Shown: positions 47,836 to 60,216 of the stretch, in pieces | Layout of the letters: each line of letters begins with the position of its first letter | How positions within the stretch are numbered: position 1 is the stretch's first letter | Source: Azolla caroliniana | Taxonomy: Eukaryota; Plantae; Polypodiophyta | DNA: 64,000 nucleotides | Direction of reading: 5' to 3' | NCBI GenBank assembly: GCA_043228905.1 | Contig: JBHGNT010000113.1 | Coordinates: 1 to 64,000, forward strand | Made by a program: the position numbers and the translations under genes | Notes under the pieces: generated by a model | What the model was told of the DNA's origin: nothing | Seen by the model: the letters and a program-made list of their open reading frames with translations, nothing else | The model's database searches: none

Positions 47836-48692
47836 ATAGTACATAAACCTTGTTCAAATTATTCTCGTGGTCTCTCTCTAATTACACCCACACGAACAAG
47901 TGCGTCTCCCCAATCGCGCATTACACCCACACGAACGTAAACACGAGCACCAACGTCCCTCCAACACGAACGTAAACACGACCACCAACGTATAGAATTT
48001 GCCTATAGGGGACCGCAAACCACCCAAACGGAAAAAAAATATCAAAGCAGAACACCCATACCGCACACGCCACGGCAACGGCTAAGGTCAACTTGTACAC
48101 GCGGCGAATGTGAACTTGCTTCCACACTTGCCCGATAGGACACTCCTAGTGTGGTAGTCCGGTTAGCTTTCCTTGTCGTCGTCGTTACCAACCCCTCGTC
48201 CGAACGAGCGAGTACGGACACCGGTCTATCTACGTTCATCGATGTAGCACACTCGGGAGCCACCACTCGTCCCGCAGTAGCCTCCGCGTGCTTAGTGTCT
48301 CGGCACTAGCGCGTGCTAGTTTAATGTGCACGTGCCCGCACACCCCTACGCGCACGCGCGAGTGCGCACATCTACCTACGTATGTATAAATGTTATGTTG
48401 CTCGACAAGCTCTCGCGCGAGGAGGAGGAGGAGTACCCGCCACAGGTTGCGCCCAGATTGTCTGGTGACAATACGACACCTAGGACTAGCCTAGACGTGT
48501 GGGAGGGTGGACTAGTTGGTATGGGTCTTGGGCAAGAGTTGTACGCAGGGACACACACGTTATGGTAATGGGAGTGGTGAGTGACATGCATGTGCTCTGA
48601 TTGCATGGCCATGTGTATATATTAAAGGTGGAGGGAGCAATGTCAATACAATCCATTAGGAGACAAGCACCGGGATCATAAGGACAATCGCA

Positions 48693-49478
48693 ATGGCAAA
48701 GCTTACTTCCGTATTCCTCATGGCCGTGATCATGCTCGCCGCGTGTACCGCGGCCAATGCTAGGTCTGTAGGGCGGGACCGTGAAGAGGAGCGACGCGAT
48801 CGACGTCGTGAGGGAGACATTGACGAGGAGAGGCGCGATCGACGCCGAGAGGGGGAGTGCGATGACGAGAGGCGCGAGCGACGTCGTGAGGGGTTCCTTG
48901 AGGAGGGGCGCCGCTACAGAGACAACAAGAGAGACTCCGAAGAGGAAAGGGAACGTCGTAGCCGTGGTCGCGATGAGCCACGTGACGAGGAACTGAGGCG
49001 AGAGTGCGGTGATTTCATCGACAAGCAGATCCGAGAGCTACAAGAGCGCTCCGAAAGAGAGGAAGGTGAACAAGGACGTCGCTCCCCATGGATCGAAAAC
49101 ACTCGATACTCAAGACCCTCGGAACGGTGCTGCAGGAACGTCGAACGAATCCCCGCCGAAGATCGATGCGATCGCCTACGTGATGCCTTGTATGCTGACG
49201 AGGAGGAACGACGCAATGATGAAGGCCGACGCCATGGCCAACAATCAAGGGAACACCGTAGCTGGGAGGAAGAGGACGAGGAGCGCGAGAGAGATAGCAG
49301 CCGTGAGCGACGAGAGGGTGACGAACGCCGCCACCGCATGTCTCGACGACAAGAGGACGAACGTCAACAACGTCGCCAATTCAAGGCCGATGACGAGGAA
49401 AGAGCTCTAGGCGTCGCCGCCTCCCGCCTACTCCAACAGTGCGATCTTCGCCCTCGTGCTTGTATTCGTCGCTTCTAA
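48693..49478 (+). CDS. 2S albumin-like storage protein, copy 30
   Basis: Intact 261-aa ORF, consensus protein. Confidence 0.85.
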   Translation: MAKLTSVFLMAVIMLAACTAANARSVGRDREEERRDRRREGDIDEERRDRRREGECDDERRERRREGFLEEGRRYRDNKRDSEEERERRSRGRDEPRDEELRRECGDFIDKQIRELQERSEREEGEQGRRSPWIENTRYSRPSERCCRNVERIPAEDRCDRLRDALYADEEERRNDEGRRHGQQSREHRSWEEEDEERERDSSRERREGDERRHRMSRRQEDERQQRRQFKADDEERALGVAASRLLQQCDLRPRACIRRF

Positions 49479-50341
49479 ATAGTACATAAACCTTGTTCAA
49501 ATTATTCTCGTGGTCTCTCTCTAATTTCTCGTAAGTGTTTACGAACAAGTGCGTCTCCCCAATCGCGCATTACACCCACACGAACGTAAACACGAGCACC
49601 AACGTCCCTCCAACACGAACGTAAACACGACCACCAACGTATAGAATTTGCCTATAGGGGACCGCAAACCACCCAAACGGAAAAAAAATATCAAAGCAGA
49701 ACACCCATACCGCACACGCCACGGCAACGGCTAAGGTCAACTTGTACACGCGGCGAATGTGAACTTGCTTCCACACTTGCCCGATAGGACACTCCTAGTG
49801 TGGTAGTCCGGTTAGCTTTCCTTGTCGTCGTCGTTACCAACCCCTCGTCCGAACGAGCGAGTACGGACACCGGTCTATCTACGTTCATCGATGTAGCACA
49901 CTCGGGAGCCACCACTCGTCCCGCAGTAGCCTCCGCGTGCTTAGTGTCTCGGCACTAGCGCGTGCTAGTTTAATGTGCACGTGCCCGCACACCCCTACGC
50001 GCACGCGCGAGTGCGCACATCTACCTACGTATGTATAAATGTTATGTTGCTCGACAAGCTCTCGCGCGAGGAGGAGGAGGAGTACCCGCCACAGGTTGCG
50101 CCCAGATTGTCTGGTGACAATACGACACCTAGGACTAGCCTAGACGTGTGGGAGGGTGGACTAGTTGGTATGGGTCTTGGGCAAGAGTTGTACGCAGGGA
50201 CACACACGTTATGGTAATGGGAGTGGTGAGTGACATGCATGTGCTCTGATTGCATGGCCATGTGTATATATTAAAGGTGGAGGGAGCAATGTCAATACAA
50301 TCCATTAGGAGACAAGCACCGGGATCATAAGGACAATCGCA

Positions 50342-51126
50342 ATGGCAAAGCTTACTTCCGTATTCCTCATGGCCGTGATCATGCTCGTCGCGTGTACCGC
50401 GGCCAATGCTAGGTCTGTAGGGCGGGACCGTGAAGAGGAGCGACGCGATCGACGTCGTGAGGGAGACATTGACGAGGAGAGGCGCGATCGACGCCGAGAG
50501 GGGGAGTGCGATGACGAGAGGCGCGAGCGACGTCGTGAGGGGTTCCTTGAGGAGGGGCGCCGCTACAGAGACAACAAGAGAGACTCCGAAGAGGAAAGGG
50601 AACGTCGTAGCCGTGGTCGCGATGAGCCACGTGACGAGGAACTGAGGCGAGAGTGCGGTGATTTCATCGACAAGCAGATCCGAGAGCTACAAGAGCGCTC
50701 CGAAAGAGAGGAAGGTGAACAAGGACGTCGCTCCCCATGGATCGAAAACACTCGATACTCAAGACCCTCGGAACGGTGCTGCAGGAACGTCGAACGAATC
50801 CCCGCCGAAGATCGATGCGATCGCCTACGTGATGCCTTGTATGCTGACGAGGAGGAACGACGCAATGATGAAGGCCGACGCCATGGCCAACAATCAAGGG
50901 AACACCGTAGCTGGGAGGAAGAGGACGAGGAGCGCGAGAGAGATAGCAGCCGTGAGCGACGAGAGGGTGACGAACGCCGCCACCGCATGTCTCGACGACA
51001 AGAGGACGAACGAAACCACGTCGCCAATTCAAGGCCGATGACGAGGAAAGAGCTCTAGGCGTCGCCGCCTCCCGCCTACTCCAACAGTGCGATCTTCGCC
51101 CTCGTGCTTGTATTCGTCGCTTCTAA
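50342..51126 (+). pseudogene. 2S albumin-like gene copy 31 (A16V), frameshifted after codon 224; ORF ends at 51058 (238 aa)
   Basis: TCAACA replaced by AAACC at 51013-51017 (net -1 bp), which loses C250 and C257. Confidence 0.75.
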
Positions 51127-51989
51127 ATAGTACATAAACCTTGTTCAAATTATTCTCGTGGTCTCTCTCTAATTTCTCGTAAGTGTTTACGAACAAGTGC
51201 GTCTCCCCAATCGCGCATTACACCCACACGAACGTAAACACGAGCACCAACGTCCCTCCAACACGAACGTAAACACGACCACCAACGTATAGAATTTGCC
51301 TATAGGGGACCGCAAACCACCCAAACGGAAAAAAAATATCAAAGCAGAACACCCATACCGCACACGCCACGGCAACGGCTAAGGTCAACTTGTACACGCG
51401 GCGAATGTGAACTTGCTTCCACACTTGCCCGATAGGACACTCCTAGTGTGGTAGTCCGGTTAGCTTTCCTTGTCGTCGTCGTTACCAACCCCTCGTCCGA
51501 ACGAGCGAGTACGGACACCGGTCTATCTACGTTCATCGATGTAGCACACTCGGGAGCCACCACTCGTCCCGCAGTAGCCTCCGCGTGCTTAGTGTCTCGG
51601 CACTAGCGCGTGCTAGTTTAATGTGCACGTGCCCGCACACCCCTACGCGCACGCGCGAGTGCGCACATCTACCTACGTATGTATAAATGTTATGTTGCTC
51701 GACAAGCTCTCGCGCGAGGAGGAGGAGGAGTACCCGCCACAGGTTGCGCCCAGATTGTCTGGTGACAATACGACACCTAGGACTAGCCTAGACGTGTGGG
51801 AGGGTGGACTAGTTGGTATGGGTCTTGGGCAAGAGTTGTACGCAGGGACACACACGTTATGGTAATGGGAGTGGTGAGTGACATGCATGTGCTCTGATTG
51901 CATGGCCATGTGTATATATTAAAGGTGGAGGGAGCAATGTCAATACAATCCATTAGGAGACAAGCACCGGGATCATAAGGACAATCGCA

Positions 51990-52775
51990 ATGGCAAAGCT
52001 TACTTCCGTATTCCTCATGGCCGTGATCATGCTCGTCGCGTGTACCACGGCCAATGCTAGGTCTGTAGGGCGGGACCGTGAAGAGGAGCGACGCGATCGA
52101 CGTCGTGAGGGAGACATTGACGAGGAGAGGCGCGATCGACGCCGAGAGGGGGAGTGCGATGACGAGAGGCGCGAGCGACGTCGTGAGGGGTTCCTTGAGG
52201 AGGGGCGCCGCTACAGAGACAACAAGAGAGACTCCGAAGAGGAAAGGGAACGTCGTAGCCGTGGTCGCGATGAGCCACGTGACGAGGAACTGAGGCGAGA
52301 GTGCGGTGATTTCATCGACAAGCAGATCCGAGAGCTACAAGAGCGCTCCGAAAGAGAGGAAGGTGAACAAGGACGTCGCTCCCCATGGATCGAAAACACT
52401 CGATACTCAAGACCCTCGGAACGGTGCTGCAGGAACGTCGAACGAATCCCCGCCGAAGATCGATGCGATCGCCTACGTGATGCCTTGTATGCTGACGAGG
52501 AGGAACGACGCAATGATGAAGGCCGACGCCATGGCCAACAATCAAGGGAACACCGTAGCTGGGAGGAAGAGGACGAGGAGCGCGAGAGAGATAGCAGCCG
52601 TGAGCGACGAGAGGGTGACGAACGCCGCCACCGCATGTCTCGACGACAAGAGGACGAACGTCAACAACGTCGCCAATTCAAGGCCGATGACGAGGAAAGA
52701 GCTCTAGGCGTCGCCGCCTCCCGCCTACTCCAACAGTGCGATCTTCGCCCTCGTGCTTGTATTCGTCGCTTCTAA
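51990..52775 (+). CDS. 2S albumin-like storage protein, copy 32 (A16V, A20T)
   Basis: Intact 261-aa ORF. Confidence 0.85.
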   Translation: MAKLTSVFLMAVIMLVACTTANARSVGRDREEERRDRRREGDIDEERRDRRREGECDDERRERRREGFLEEGRRYRDNKRDSEEERERRSRGRDEPRDEELRRECGDFIDKQIRELQERSEREEGEQGRRSPWIENTRYSRPSERCCRNVERIPAEDRCDRLRDALYADEEERRNDEGRRHGQQSREHRSWEEEDEERERDSSRERREGDERRHRMSRRQEDERQQRRQFKADDEERALGVAASRLLQQCDLRPRACIRRF

Positions 52776-53638
52776 ATAGTACATAAACCTTGTTCAAATT
52801 ATTCTCGTGGTCTCTCTCTAATTTCTCGTAAGTGTTTACGAACAAGTGCGTCTCCCCAATCGCGCATTACACCCACACGAACGTAAACACGAGCACCAAC
52901 GTCCCTCCAACACGAACGTAAACACGACCACCAACGTATAGAATTTGCCTATAGGGGACCGCAAACCACCCAAACGGAAAAAAAATATCAAAGCAGAACA
53001 CCCATACCGCACACGCCACGGCAACGGCTAAGGTCAACTTGTACACGCGGCGAATGTGAACTTGCTTCCACACTTGCCCGATAGGACACTCCTAGTGTGG
53101 TAGTCCGGTTAGCTTTCCTTGTCGTCGTCGTTACCAACCCCTCGTCCGAACGAGCGAGTACGGACACCGGTCTATCTACGTTCATCGATGTAGCACACTC
53201 GGGAGCCACCACTCGTCCCGCAGTAGCCTCCGCGTGCTTAGTGTCTCGGCACTAGCGCGTGCTAGTTTAATGTGCACGTGCCCGCACACCCCTACGCGCA
53301 CGCGCGAGTGCGCACATCTACCTACGTATGTATAAATGTTATGTTGCTCGACAAGCTCTCGCGCGAGGAGGAGGAGGAGTACCCGCCACAGGTTGCGCCC
53401 AGATTGTCTGGTGACAATACGACACCTAGGACTAGCCTAGACGTGTGGGAGGGTGGACTAGTTGGTATGGGTCTTGGGCAAGAGTTGTACGCAGGGACAC
53501 ACACGTTATGGTAATGGGAGTGGTGAGTGACATGCATGTGCTCTGATTGCATGGCCATGTGTATATATTAAAGGTGGAGGGAGCAATGTCAATACAATCC
53601 ATTAGGAGACAAGCACCGGGATCATAAGGACAATCGCA

Positions 53639-54424
53639 ATGGCAAAGCTTACTTCCGTATTCCTCATGGCCGTGATCATGCTCGCCGCGTGTACCGCGGC
53701 CAATGCTAGGTCTGTAGGGCGGGACCGTGAAGAGGAGCGACGCGATCGACGTCGTGAGGGAGACATTGACGAGGAGAGGCGCGATCGACGCCGAGAGGGG
53801 GAGTGCGATGACGAGAGGCGCGAGCGACGTCGTGAGGGGTTCCTTGAGGAGGGGCGCCGCTACAGAGACAACAAGAGAGACTCCGAAGAGGAAAGGGAAC
53901 GTCGTAGCCGTGGTCGCGATGAGCCACGTGACGAGGAACTGAGGCGAGAGTGCGGTGATTTCATCGACAAGCAGATCCGAGAGCTACAAGAGCGCTCCGA
54001 AAGAGAGGAAGGTGAACAAGGACGTCGCTCCCCATGGATCGAAAACACTCGATACTCAAGACCCTCGGAACGGTGCTGCAGGAACGTCGAACGAATCCCC
54101 GCCGATGATCGATGCGATCGCCTACGTGATGCCTTGTATGCTGATGAGGAGGAACGACGCAATGATGAAGGCCGACGCCATGGCCAACAATCAAGGGAAC
54201 ACCGTAGCTGGGAGGAAGAGGACGAGGAGCGCGAGAGAGATAGCAGCCGTGAGCGACGAGAGGGTGACGAACGCCGCCACCGCATGTCTCGACGACAAGA
54301 GGACGAACGTCAACAACGTCGCCAATTCAAGGCCGATGACGAGGAAAGAGCTCTAGGCGTCGCCGCCTCCCGCCTACTCCAACAGTGCGATCTTCGCCCT
54401 CGTGCTTGTATTCGTCGCTTCTAA
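53639..54424 (+). CDS. 2S albumin-like storage protein, copy 33 (E156D)
   Basis: Intact 261-aa ORF. Confidence 0.85.
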   Translation: MAKLTSVFLMAVIMLAACTAANARSVGRDREEERRDRRREGDIDEERRDRRREGECDDERRERRREGFLEEGRRYRDNKRDSEEERERRSRGRDEPRDEELRRECGDFIDKQIRELQERSEREEGEQGRRSPWIENTRYSRPSERCCRNVERIPADDRCDRLRDALYADEEERRNDEGRRHGQQSREHRSWEEEDEERERDSSRERREGDERRHRMSRRQEDERQQRRQFKADDEERALGVAASRLLQQCDLRPRACIRRF

Positions 54425-55281
54425 ATAGTACATAAACCTTGTTCAAATTATTCTCGTGGTCTCTCTCTAATTACACCCACACGAACAAGTGCGTCTCCCC
54501 AATCGCGCATTACACCCACACGAACGTAAACACGAGCACCAACGTCCCTCCAACACGAACGTAAACACGACCACCAACGTATAGAATTTGCCTATAGGGG
54601 ACCGCAAACCACCCAAACGGAAAAAAAATATCAAAGCAGAACACCCATACCGCACACGCCACGGCAACGGCTAAGGTCAACTTGTACACGCGGCGAATGT
54701 GAACTTGCTTCCACACTTGCCCGATAGGACACTCCTAGTGTGGTAGTCCGGTTAGCTTTCCTTGTCGTCGTCGTTACCAACCCCTCGTCCGAACGAGCGA
54801 GTACGGACACCGGTCTATCTACGTTCATCGATGTAGCACACTCGGGAGCCACCACTCGTCCCGCAGTAGCCTCCGCGTGCTTAGTGTCTCGGCACTAGCA
54901 CGTGCTAGTTTAATGTGCACGTGCCCGCACACCCCTACGCGCACGCGCGAGTGCGCACATCTACCTACGTATGTATAAATGTTATGTTGCTCGACAAGCT
55001 CTCGCGCGAGGAGGAGGAGGAGTACCCGCCACAGGTTGCGCCCAGATTGTCTGGTGACAATACGACACCTAGGACTAGCCTAGACGTGTGGGAGGGTGGA
55101 CTAGTTGGTATGGGTCTTGGGCAAGAGTTGTACGCAGGGACACACACGTTATGGTAATGGGAGTGGTGAGTGACATGCATGTGCTCTGATTGCATGGCCA
55201 TGTGTATATATTAAAGGTGGAGGGAGCAATGTCAATACAATCCATTAGGAGACAAGCACCGGGATCATAAGGACAATCGCA

Positions 55282-56067
55282 ATGGCAAAGCTTACTTCCG
55301 TATTCCTCATGGCCGTGATCATGCTCGCCGCGTGTACCGCGGCCAATGCTAGGTCTGTAGGGCGGGACCGTGAAGAGGAGCGACGCGATCGACGTCGTGA
55401 GGGAGACATTGACGAGGAGAGGCGCGATCGACGCCGAGAGGGGGAGTGCGATGACGAGAGGCGCGAGCGACGTCGTGAGGGGTTCCTTGAGGAGGGGCGC
55501 CGCTACAGAGACAACAAGAGAGACTCCGAAGAGGAAAGGGAACGTCGTAGCCGTGGTCGCGATGAGCCACGTGACGAGGAACTGAGGCGAGAGTGCGGTG
55601 ATTTCATCGACAAGCAGATCCGAGAGCTACAAGAGCGCTCCGAAAGAGAGGAAGGTGAACAAGGACGTCGCTCCCCATGGATCGAAAACACTCGATACTC
55701 AAGACCCTCGGAACGGTGCTGCAGGAACGTCGAACGAATCCCCGCCGAAGATCGATGCGATCGCCTACGTGATGCCTTGTATGCTGACGAGGAGGAACGA
55801 CGCAACGATGAAGGCCGACGCCATGGCCAACAATCAAGGGAACACCGTAGCTGGGAGGAAGAGGACGAGGAGCGCGAGAGAGATAGCAGCCGTGAGCGAC
55901 GAGAGGGTGACGAACGCCGCCACCGCATGTCTCGACGACAAGAGGACGAACGTCAACAACGTCGCCAATTCAAGGCCGATGACGAGGAAAGAGCTCTAGG
56001 CGTCGCCGCCTCCCGCCTACTCCAACAGTGCGATCTTCGCCCTCGTGCTTGTATTCGTCGCTTCTAA
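55282..56067 (+). CDS. 2S albumin-like storage protein, copy 34
   Basis: Intact 261-aa ORF (synonymous AAC at N175). Confidence 0.85.
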   Translation: MAKLTSVFLMAVIMLAACTAANARSVGRDREEERRDRRREGDIDEERRDRRREGECDDERRERRREGFLEEGRRYRDNKRDSEEERERRSRGRDEPRDEELRRECGDFIDKQIRELQERSEREEGEQGRRSPWIENTRYSRPSERCCRNVERIPAEDRCDRLRDALYADEEERRNDEGRRHGQQSREHRSWEEEDEERERDSSRERREGDERRHRMSRRQEDERQQRRQFKADDEERALGVAASRLLQQCDLRPRACIRRF

Positions 56068-56924
56068 ATATTACATAAACCTTCTTCAAATTATTCTCGT
56101 GGTCTCTCTCTAATTACACCCACACGAACAAGTGCGTCTCCCCAATCGCGCATTACACCCACACGAATGTAAACACGAGCACCAACGTCCCTCCAACACG
56201 AACGTAAACACGACCACCAACGTATAGAATTTGCCTATAGGGGACCGCAAACCACCCAAACGGAAAAAAAATATCAAAGCAGAACACCCATACCGCACAC
56301 GCCACGGCAACGGCTAAGGTCAACTTGTACACGCGGCGAATGTGAACTTGCTTCCACACTTGCCCGATAGGACACTCCTAGTGTGGTAGTCCGGTTAGCT
56401 TTCCTTGTCGTCGTCGTTACCAACCCCTCGTCCGAACGAGCGAGTACGGACACCGGTCTATCTACGTTCATCGATGTAGCACACTCGGGAGCCACCACTC
56501 GTCCCGCAGTAGCCTCCGCGTGCTTAGTGTCTCGGCACTAGCGCGTGCTAGTTTAATGTGCACGTGCCCGCACACCCCTACGCGCACGCGCGAGTGCGCA
56601 CATCTACCTACGTATGTATAAATGTTATGTTGCTCGACAAGCTCTCGCGCGAGGAGGAGGAGGAGTACCCGCCACAGGTTGCGCCCAGATTGTCTGGTGA
56701 CAATACGACACCTAGGACTAGCCTAGACGTGTGGGAGGGTGGACTAGTTGGTATGGGTCTTGGGCAAGAGTTGTACGCAGGGACACACACGTTATGGTAA
56801 TGGGAGTGGTGAGTGACATGCATGTGCTCTGATTGCATGGCCATGTGTATATATTAAAGGTGGAGGGAGCAATGTCAATACAATCCATTAGGAGACAAGC
56901 ACCGGGATCATAAGGACAATCGCA

Positions 56925-57710
56925 ATGGCAAAGCTTACTTCCGTATTCCTCATGGCCGTGATCATGCTCGCCGCGTGTACCGCGGCCAATGCTAGGTCTG
57001 TAGGGCGGGACCGTGAAGAGGAGCGACGCGATCGACGTCGTGAGGGAGACATTGACGAGGAGAGGCGCGATCGACGCCGAGAGGGGGAGTGCGATGACGA
57101 GAGGCGCGAGCGACGTCGTGAGGGGTTCCTTGAGGAGGGGCGCCGCTACAGAGACAACAAGAGAGACTCCGAAGAGGAAAGGGAACGTCGTAGCCGTGGT
57201 CGCGATGAGCCACGTGACGAGGAACTGAGGCGAGAGTGCGGTGATTTCATCGACAAGCAGATCCGAGAGCTACAAGAGCGCTCCGAAAGAGAGGAAGGTG
57301 AACAAGGACGTCGCTCCCCATGGATCGAAAACACTCGATACTCAAGACCCTCGGAACGGTGCTGCAGGAACGTCGAACGAATCCCCGCCGAAGATCGATG
57401 CGATCGCCTACGTGATGCCTTGTATGCTGACGAGGAGGAACGACGCAACGATGAAGGCCGACGCCATGGCCAACAATCAAGGGAACACCGTAGCTGGGAG
57501 GAAGAGGACGAGGAGCGCGAGAGAGATAGCAGCCGTGAGCGACGAGAGGGTGACGAACGCCGCCACCGCATGTCTCGACGACAAGAGGACGAACGTCAAC
57601 AACGTCGCCAATTCAAGGCCGATGACGAGGAAAGAGCTCTAGGCGTCGCCGCCTCCCGCCTACTCCAACAGTGCGATCTTCGCCCTCGTGCTTGTATTCG
57701 TCGCTTCTAA
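56925..57710 (+). CDS. 2S albumin-like storage protein, copy 35
   Basis: Intact 261-aa ORF (synonymous AAC at N175). Confidence 0.85.
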   Translation: MAKLTSVFLMAVIMLAACTAANARSVGRDREEERRDRRREGDIDEERRDRRREGECDDERRERRREGFLEEGRRYRDNKRDSEEERERRSRGRDEPRDEELRRECGDFIDKQIRELQERSEREEGEQGRRSPWIENTRYSRPSERCCRNVERIPAEDRCDRLRDALYADEEERRNDEGRRHGQQSREHRSWEEEDEERERDSSRERREGDERRHRMSRRQEDERQQRRQFKADDEERALGVAASRLLQQCDLRPRACIRRF

Positions 57711-58567
57711 ATATTACATAAACCTTCTTCAAATTATTCTCGTGGTCTCTCTCTAATTACACCCACACGAACAAGTGCGTCTCCCCAATCGCGCATTACA
57801 CCCACACGAACGTAAACACGAGCACCAACGTCCCTCCAACACGAACGTAAACACGACCACCAACGTATAGAATTTGCCTATAGGGGACCGCAAACCACCC
57901 AAACGGAAAAAAAATATCAAAGCAGAACACCCATACCGCACACGCCACGGCAACGGCTAAGGTCAACTTGTACACGCGGCGAATGTGAACTTGCTTCCAC
58001 ACTTGCCCGATAGGACACTCCTAGTGTGGTAGTCCGGTTAGCTTTCCTTGTCGTCGTCGTTACCAACCCCTCGTCCGAACGAGCGAGTACGGACACCGGT
58101 CTATCTACGTTCATCGATGTAGCACACTCGGGAGCCACCACTCGTCCCGCAGTAGCCTCCGCGTGCTTAGTGTCTCGGCACTAGCGCGTGCTAGTTTAAT
58201 GTGCACGTGCCCGCACACCCCTACGCGCACGCGCGAGTGCGCACATCTACCTACGTATGTATAAATGTTATGTTGCTCGACAAGCTCTCGCGCGAGGAGG
58301 AGGAGGAGTACCCGCCACAGGTTGCGCCCAGATTGTCTGGTGACAATACGACACCTAGGACTAGCCTAGACGTGTGGGAGGGTGGACTAGTTGGTATGGG
58401 TCTTGGGCAAGAGTTGTACGCAGGGACACACACGTTATGGTAATGGGAGTGGTGAGTGACATGCATGTGCTCTGATTGCATGGCCATGTGTATATATTAA
58501 AGGTGGAGGGAGCAATGTCAATACAATCCATTAGGAGACAAGCACCGGGATCATAAGGACAATCGCA

Positions 58568-59353
58568 ATGGCAAAGCTTACTTCCGTATTCCTCATGGCC
58601 GTGATCATGCTCGTCGCGTGTACCGCGGCCAATGCTAGGTCTGTAGGGCGGGACCGTGAAGAGGAGCGACGCGATCGACGTCGTGAGGGAGACATTGACG
58701 AGGAGAGGCGCGATCGACGCCGAGAGGGGGAGTGCGATGACGAGAGGCGCGAGCGACGTCGTGAGGGGTTCCTTGAGGAGGGGCGCCGCTACAGAGACAA
58801 CAAGAGAGACTCCGAAGAGGAAAGGGAACGTCGTAGCCGTGGTCGCGATGAGCCACGTGACGAGGAACTGAGGCGAGAGTGCGGTGATTTCATCGACAAG
58901 CAGATCCGAGAGCTACAAGAGCGCTCCGAAAGAGAGGAAGGTGAACAAGGACGTCGCTCCCCATGGATCGAAAACACTCGATACTCAAGACCCTCGGAAC
59001 GGTGCTGCAGGAACGTCGAACGAATCCCCGCCGAAGATCGATGCGATCGCCTACGTGATGCCTTGTATGCTGGCGAGGAGGAACGACGCAATGATGAAGG
59101 CCGACGCCATGGCCAACAATCAAGGGAACACCGTAGCTGGGAGGAAGAGGACGAGGAGCGCGAGAGAGATAGCAGCCGTGAGCGACGAGAGGGTGACGAA
59201 CGCCGCCACCGCATGTCTCGACGACAAGAGGACGAACGTCAACAACGTCGCCAATTCAAGGCCGATGACGAGGAAAGAGCTCTAGGCGTCGCCGCCTCCC
59301 GCCTACTCCAACAGTGCGATCTTCGCCCTCGTGCTTGTATTCGTCGCTTCTAA
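58568..59353 (+). CDS. 2S albumin-like storage protein, copy 36 (A16V, D169G)
   Basis: Intact 261-aa ORF. Confidence 0.85.
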   Translation: MAKLTSVFLMAVIMLVACTAANARSVGRDREEERRDRRREGDIDEERRDRRREGECDDERRERRREGFLEEGRRYRDNKRDSEEERERRSRGRDEPRDEELRRECGDFIDKQIRELQERSEREEGEQGRRSPWIENTRYSRPSERCCRNVERIPAEDRCDRLRDALYAGEEERRNDEGRRHGQQSREHRSWEEEDEERERDSSRERREGDERRHRMSRRQEDERQQRRQFKADDEERALGVAASRLLQQCDLRPRACIRRF

Positions 59354-60216
59354 ATAGTACATAAACCTTGTTCAAATTATTCTCGTGGTCTCTCTCTAAT
59401 TTCTCGTAAGTGTTTACGAACAAGTGCGTCTCCCCAATCGCGCATTACACCCACACGAACGTAAACACGAGCACCAACGTCCCTCCAACACGAACGTAAA
59501 CACGACCACCAACGTATAGAATTTGCCTATAGGGGACCGCAAACCACCCAAACGGAAAAAAAATATCAAAGCAGAACACCCATACCGCACACGCCACGGC
59601 AACGGCTAAGGTCAACTTGTACACGCGGCGAATGTGAACTTGCTTCCACACTTGCCCGATAGGACACTCCTAGTGTGGTAGTCCGGTTAGCTTTCCTTGT
59701 CGTCGTCGTTACCAACCCCTCGTCCGAACGAGCGAGTACGGACACCGGTCTATCTACGTTCATCGAAGTAGCACACTCGGGAGCCACCACTCGTCCCGCA
59801 GTAGCCTCCGCGTGCTTAGTGTCTCGGCACTAGCGCGTGCTAGTTTAATGTGCACGTGCCCGCACACCCCTACGCGCACGCGCGAGTGCGCACATCTACC
59901 TACGTATGTATAAATGTTATGTTGCTCGACAAGCTCTCGCGCGAGGAGGAGGAGGAGTACCCGCCACAGGTTGCGCCCAGATTGTCTGGTGACAATACGA
60001 CACCTAGGACTAGCCTAGACGTGTGGGAGGGTGGACTAGTTGGTATGGGTCTTGGGCAAGAGTTGTACGCAGGGACACACACGTTATGGTAATGGGAGTG
60101 GTGAGTGACATGCATGTGCTCTGATTGCATGGCCATGTGTATATATTAAAGGTGGAGGGAGCAATGTCAATACAATCCATTAGGAGACAAGCACCGGGAT
60201 CATAAGGACAATCGCA

